A program made the position numbers and the translations under genes. This document shows, in pieces, positions 62,756 through 64,000 of a stretch of DNA of 64,000 nucleotides. Under the pieces are notes generated by a model. That model searched no databases, was not told the DNA's origin, and worked only from the letters and a program-made list of their open reading frames with translations. The DNA is from Acanthaster planci. Its lineage: Eukaryota. Within the stretch, counting starts at the first letter, position 1; each line of letters opens with the position of its first letter. Location of the stretch: NCBI RefSeq assembly GCF_001949145.1, contig NW_019091357.1:3293078-3357077 (forward strand), given 5' to 3'.

Positions 62756-64000
62756 TCAGGAGATGCTGGCCGCTCGTGCTTTCCTCATCTGGCACAGCCA
62801 TTTGATGACCCGAGCGTTCTTGGTGATGATGGACTGGGTTGTGTCTGGGAGCTTCTTCGCCAGGCCCAGGCCCTCCTCGCTCACTTTGCTCCCCTGCGAG
62901 ATGTTGTCCGAGTTCTCGGTGCTGAAGTTGCCACCCTCGTCGTCATCCTCCTCCCGGGTGTGCTTGTACTCGTGCATGTCGTGGAACACCTCGTCCTCGT
63001 CACTGTACAGCAACGGAGAGAGTGGGCTCTGGAGGAAGCTCTCGCTCAGCCCCATCTGGTTGAAGAAGCGCTCCACCTCCGAGGGGGCACTGGAGAGGGA
63101 GCAGCTGGGACTGGTCACCCCTAGGTCTGACTTGGAGCGTCGGCGCAAGAATTCCCACCTCGTGGGGGAAGAGAGCGGTGCTGGCCGTGAAGTTGGACCT
63201 TCACGATGTGCGGCTTGAATATTCCGGTTCTGCCTGCTGTCAAAGTTTGGGAGGGGCCTGTGGATACTGGCATGAAGATTCACATTGTAAATCTTTGGCA
63301 CAGGCTTCTTCTGTGCAGCCAAGATCCTCTTCCTACATGCCTTGTCTTCAGATCCTTCAGAGCTGCTACTGCTGCTAGACTTGTGAGTTACTTGTTGGAC
63401 AGGAATTTCCAGTGCTTTTACATGCAATTTTTGCCCCCTCTTGAGGGTGTTTAGCTCGTCGTCAGGATTTATAATCCGAGAGAGCAGATTCTGCAGTGCC
63501 TTGTCATCTTCTTTCTTCTGATCGGCCTGCCGCTGGGGCTTTTTCACCCGCAGGACTTTACTCCGACGGAGCTCCGCTTCATCACTGTCTGTCTCCGACT
63601 CCTCCCCTCGAGCTCTATTGGGGTTTGCAGGTGCAGACCACTTGGAATACGTTTCATTGTGGTTGGTACTTGTCACTTCGGTGCTTCTGAACAGATCAAT
63701 TTTATCGGCCACTCCAGTCCCATTTGCACGCCGTCGTGTGGCATTTTTACCCAGGTCTGAAAGGCTCATTGTCTTGACTTGCTGTGGTTCTGTGTCAGGA
63801 GTTGACTTGTCTTTGCCATCATCTTTCTTTGATGAAGACGTGGCTGAGTTGTGACTTAACCTCCGTCTCTTGTCCAACTCACTGCACCTTGATCCTTCCA
63901 CAGACTGTTCCGAGTATTTCCTTCCGTGTTCTGCCTTCCCTTGCATCTCTGTTCTATTAGAAATTGAGCCACGTTCTCTCGCATCAGGCACTGGTCCATG
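62756..64000 (-). CDS. FAM110: FAM110-family protein, large terminal coding exon (5' part outside the window)
   Basis: The frame is open from the window edge (414 aa). The C-terminus has the FAM110 signatures RRSKSDL, EVERFFNQMGL and SIITKNARVIKWL. Confidence 0.88.
   Translation of the reverse strand, partial: HGPVPDARERGSISNRTEMQGKAEHGRKYSEQSVEGSRCSELDKRRRLSHNSATSSSKKDDGKDKSTPDTEPQQVKTMSLSDLGKNATRRRANGTGVADKIDLFRSTEVTSTNHNETYSKWSAPANPNRARGEESETDSDEAELRRSKVLRVKKPQRQADQKKEDDKALQNLLSRIINPDDELNTLKRGQKLHVKALEIPVQQVTHKSSSSSSSEGSEDKACRKRILAAQKKPVPKIYNVNLHASIHRPLPNFDSRQNRNIQAAHREGPTSRPAPLSSPTRWEFLRRRSKSDLGVTSPSCSLSSAPSEVERFFNQMGLSESFLQSPLSPLLYSDEDEVFHDMHEYKHTREEDDDEGGNFSTENSDNISQGSKVSEEGLGLAKKLPDTTQSIITKNARVIKWLCQMRKARAASIS

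Noticed and set aside
62733..63218. 161-aa plus-strand ORF
   Set aside because: Antisense shadow of the GC-rich FAM110 coding exon.

Overview
This is eukaryotic, intron-rich animal DNA. The repeat families and the SRCR/WSC/CCP receptor suggest an echinoderm-like invertebrate deuterostome, which is an inference. I reconstructed five protein-coding loci by hand from splice sites and reading-frame continuity. (1) The 5' part of a CYP2-clan cytochrome P450 (minus, running off the left edge), with a frameshifted duplicate of exon 1 in its first intron. (2) An 8-exon type I membrane protein, signal-SRCR-WSC-CCP-stalk-TM-Tyr-motif tail (minus, 503 aa). (3) A complete 27-exon TAF2 (minus, about 1219 aa). 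(4) RPS21 (plus, 86 aa), head-to-head with TAF2. (5) The 3' part of a FAM110-family gene (minus, running off the right edge). The rest is decayed LINEs, a Penelope-like fragment, tRNA-derived SINEs, MITEs and DNA-transposon relics, local duplications and two N gaps. The most notable feature is that TAF2 needs two AT-AC introns, one with U2-type and one with U12-type signals. Its last 17 codons and stop are also amplified as a 3' minisatellite. I found no prokaryotic systems and no CRISPR arrays, and I cannot support a wholly new biological system.
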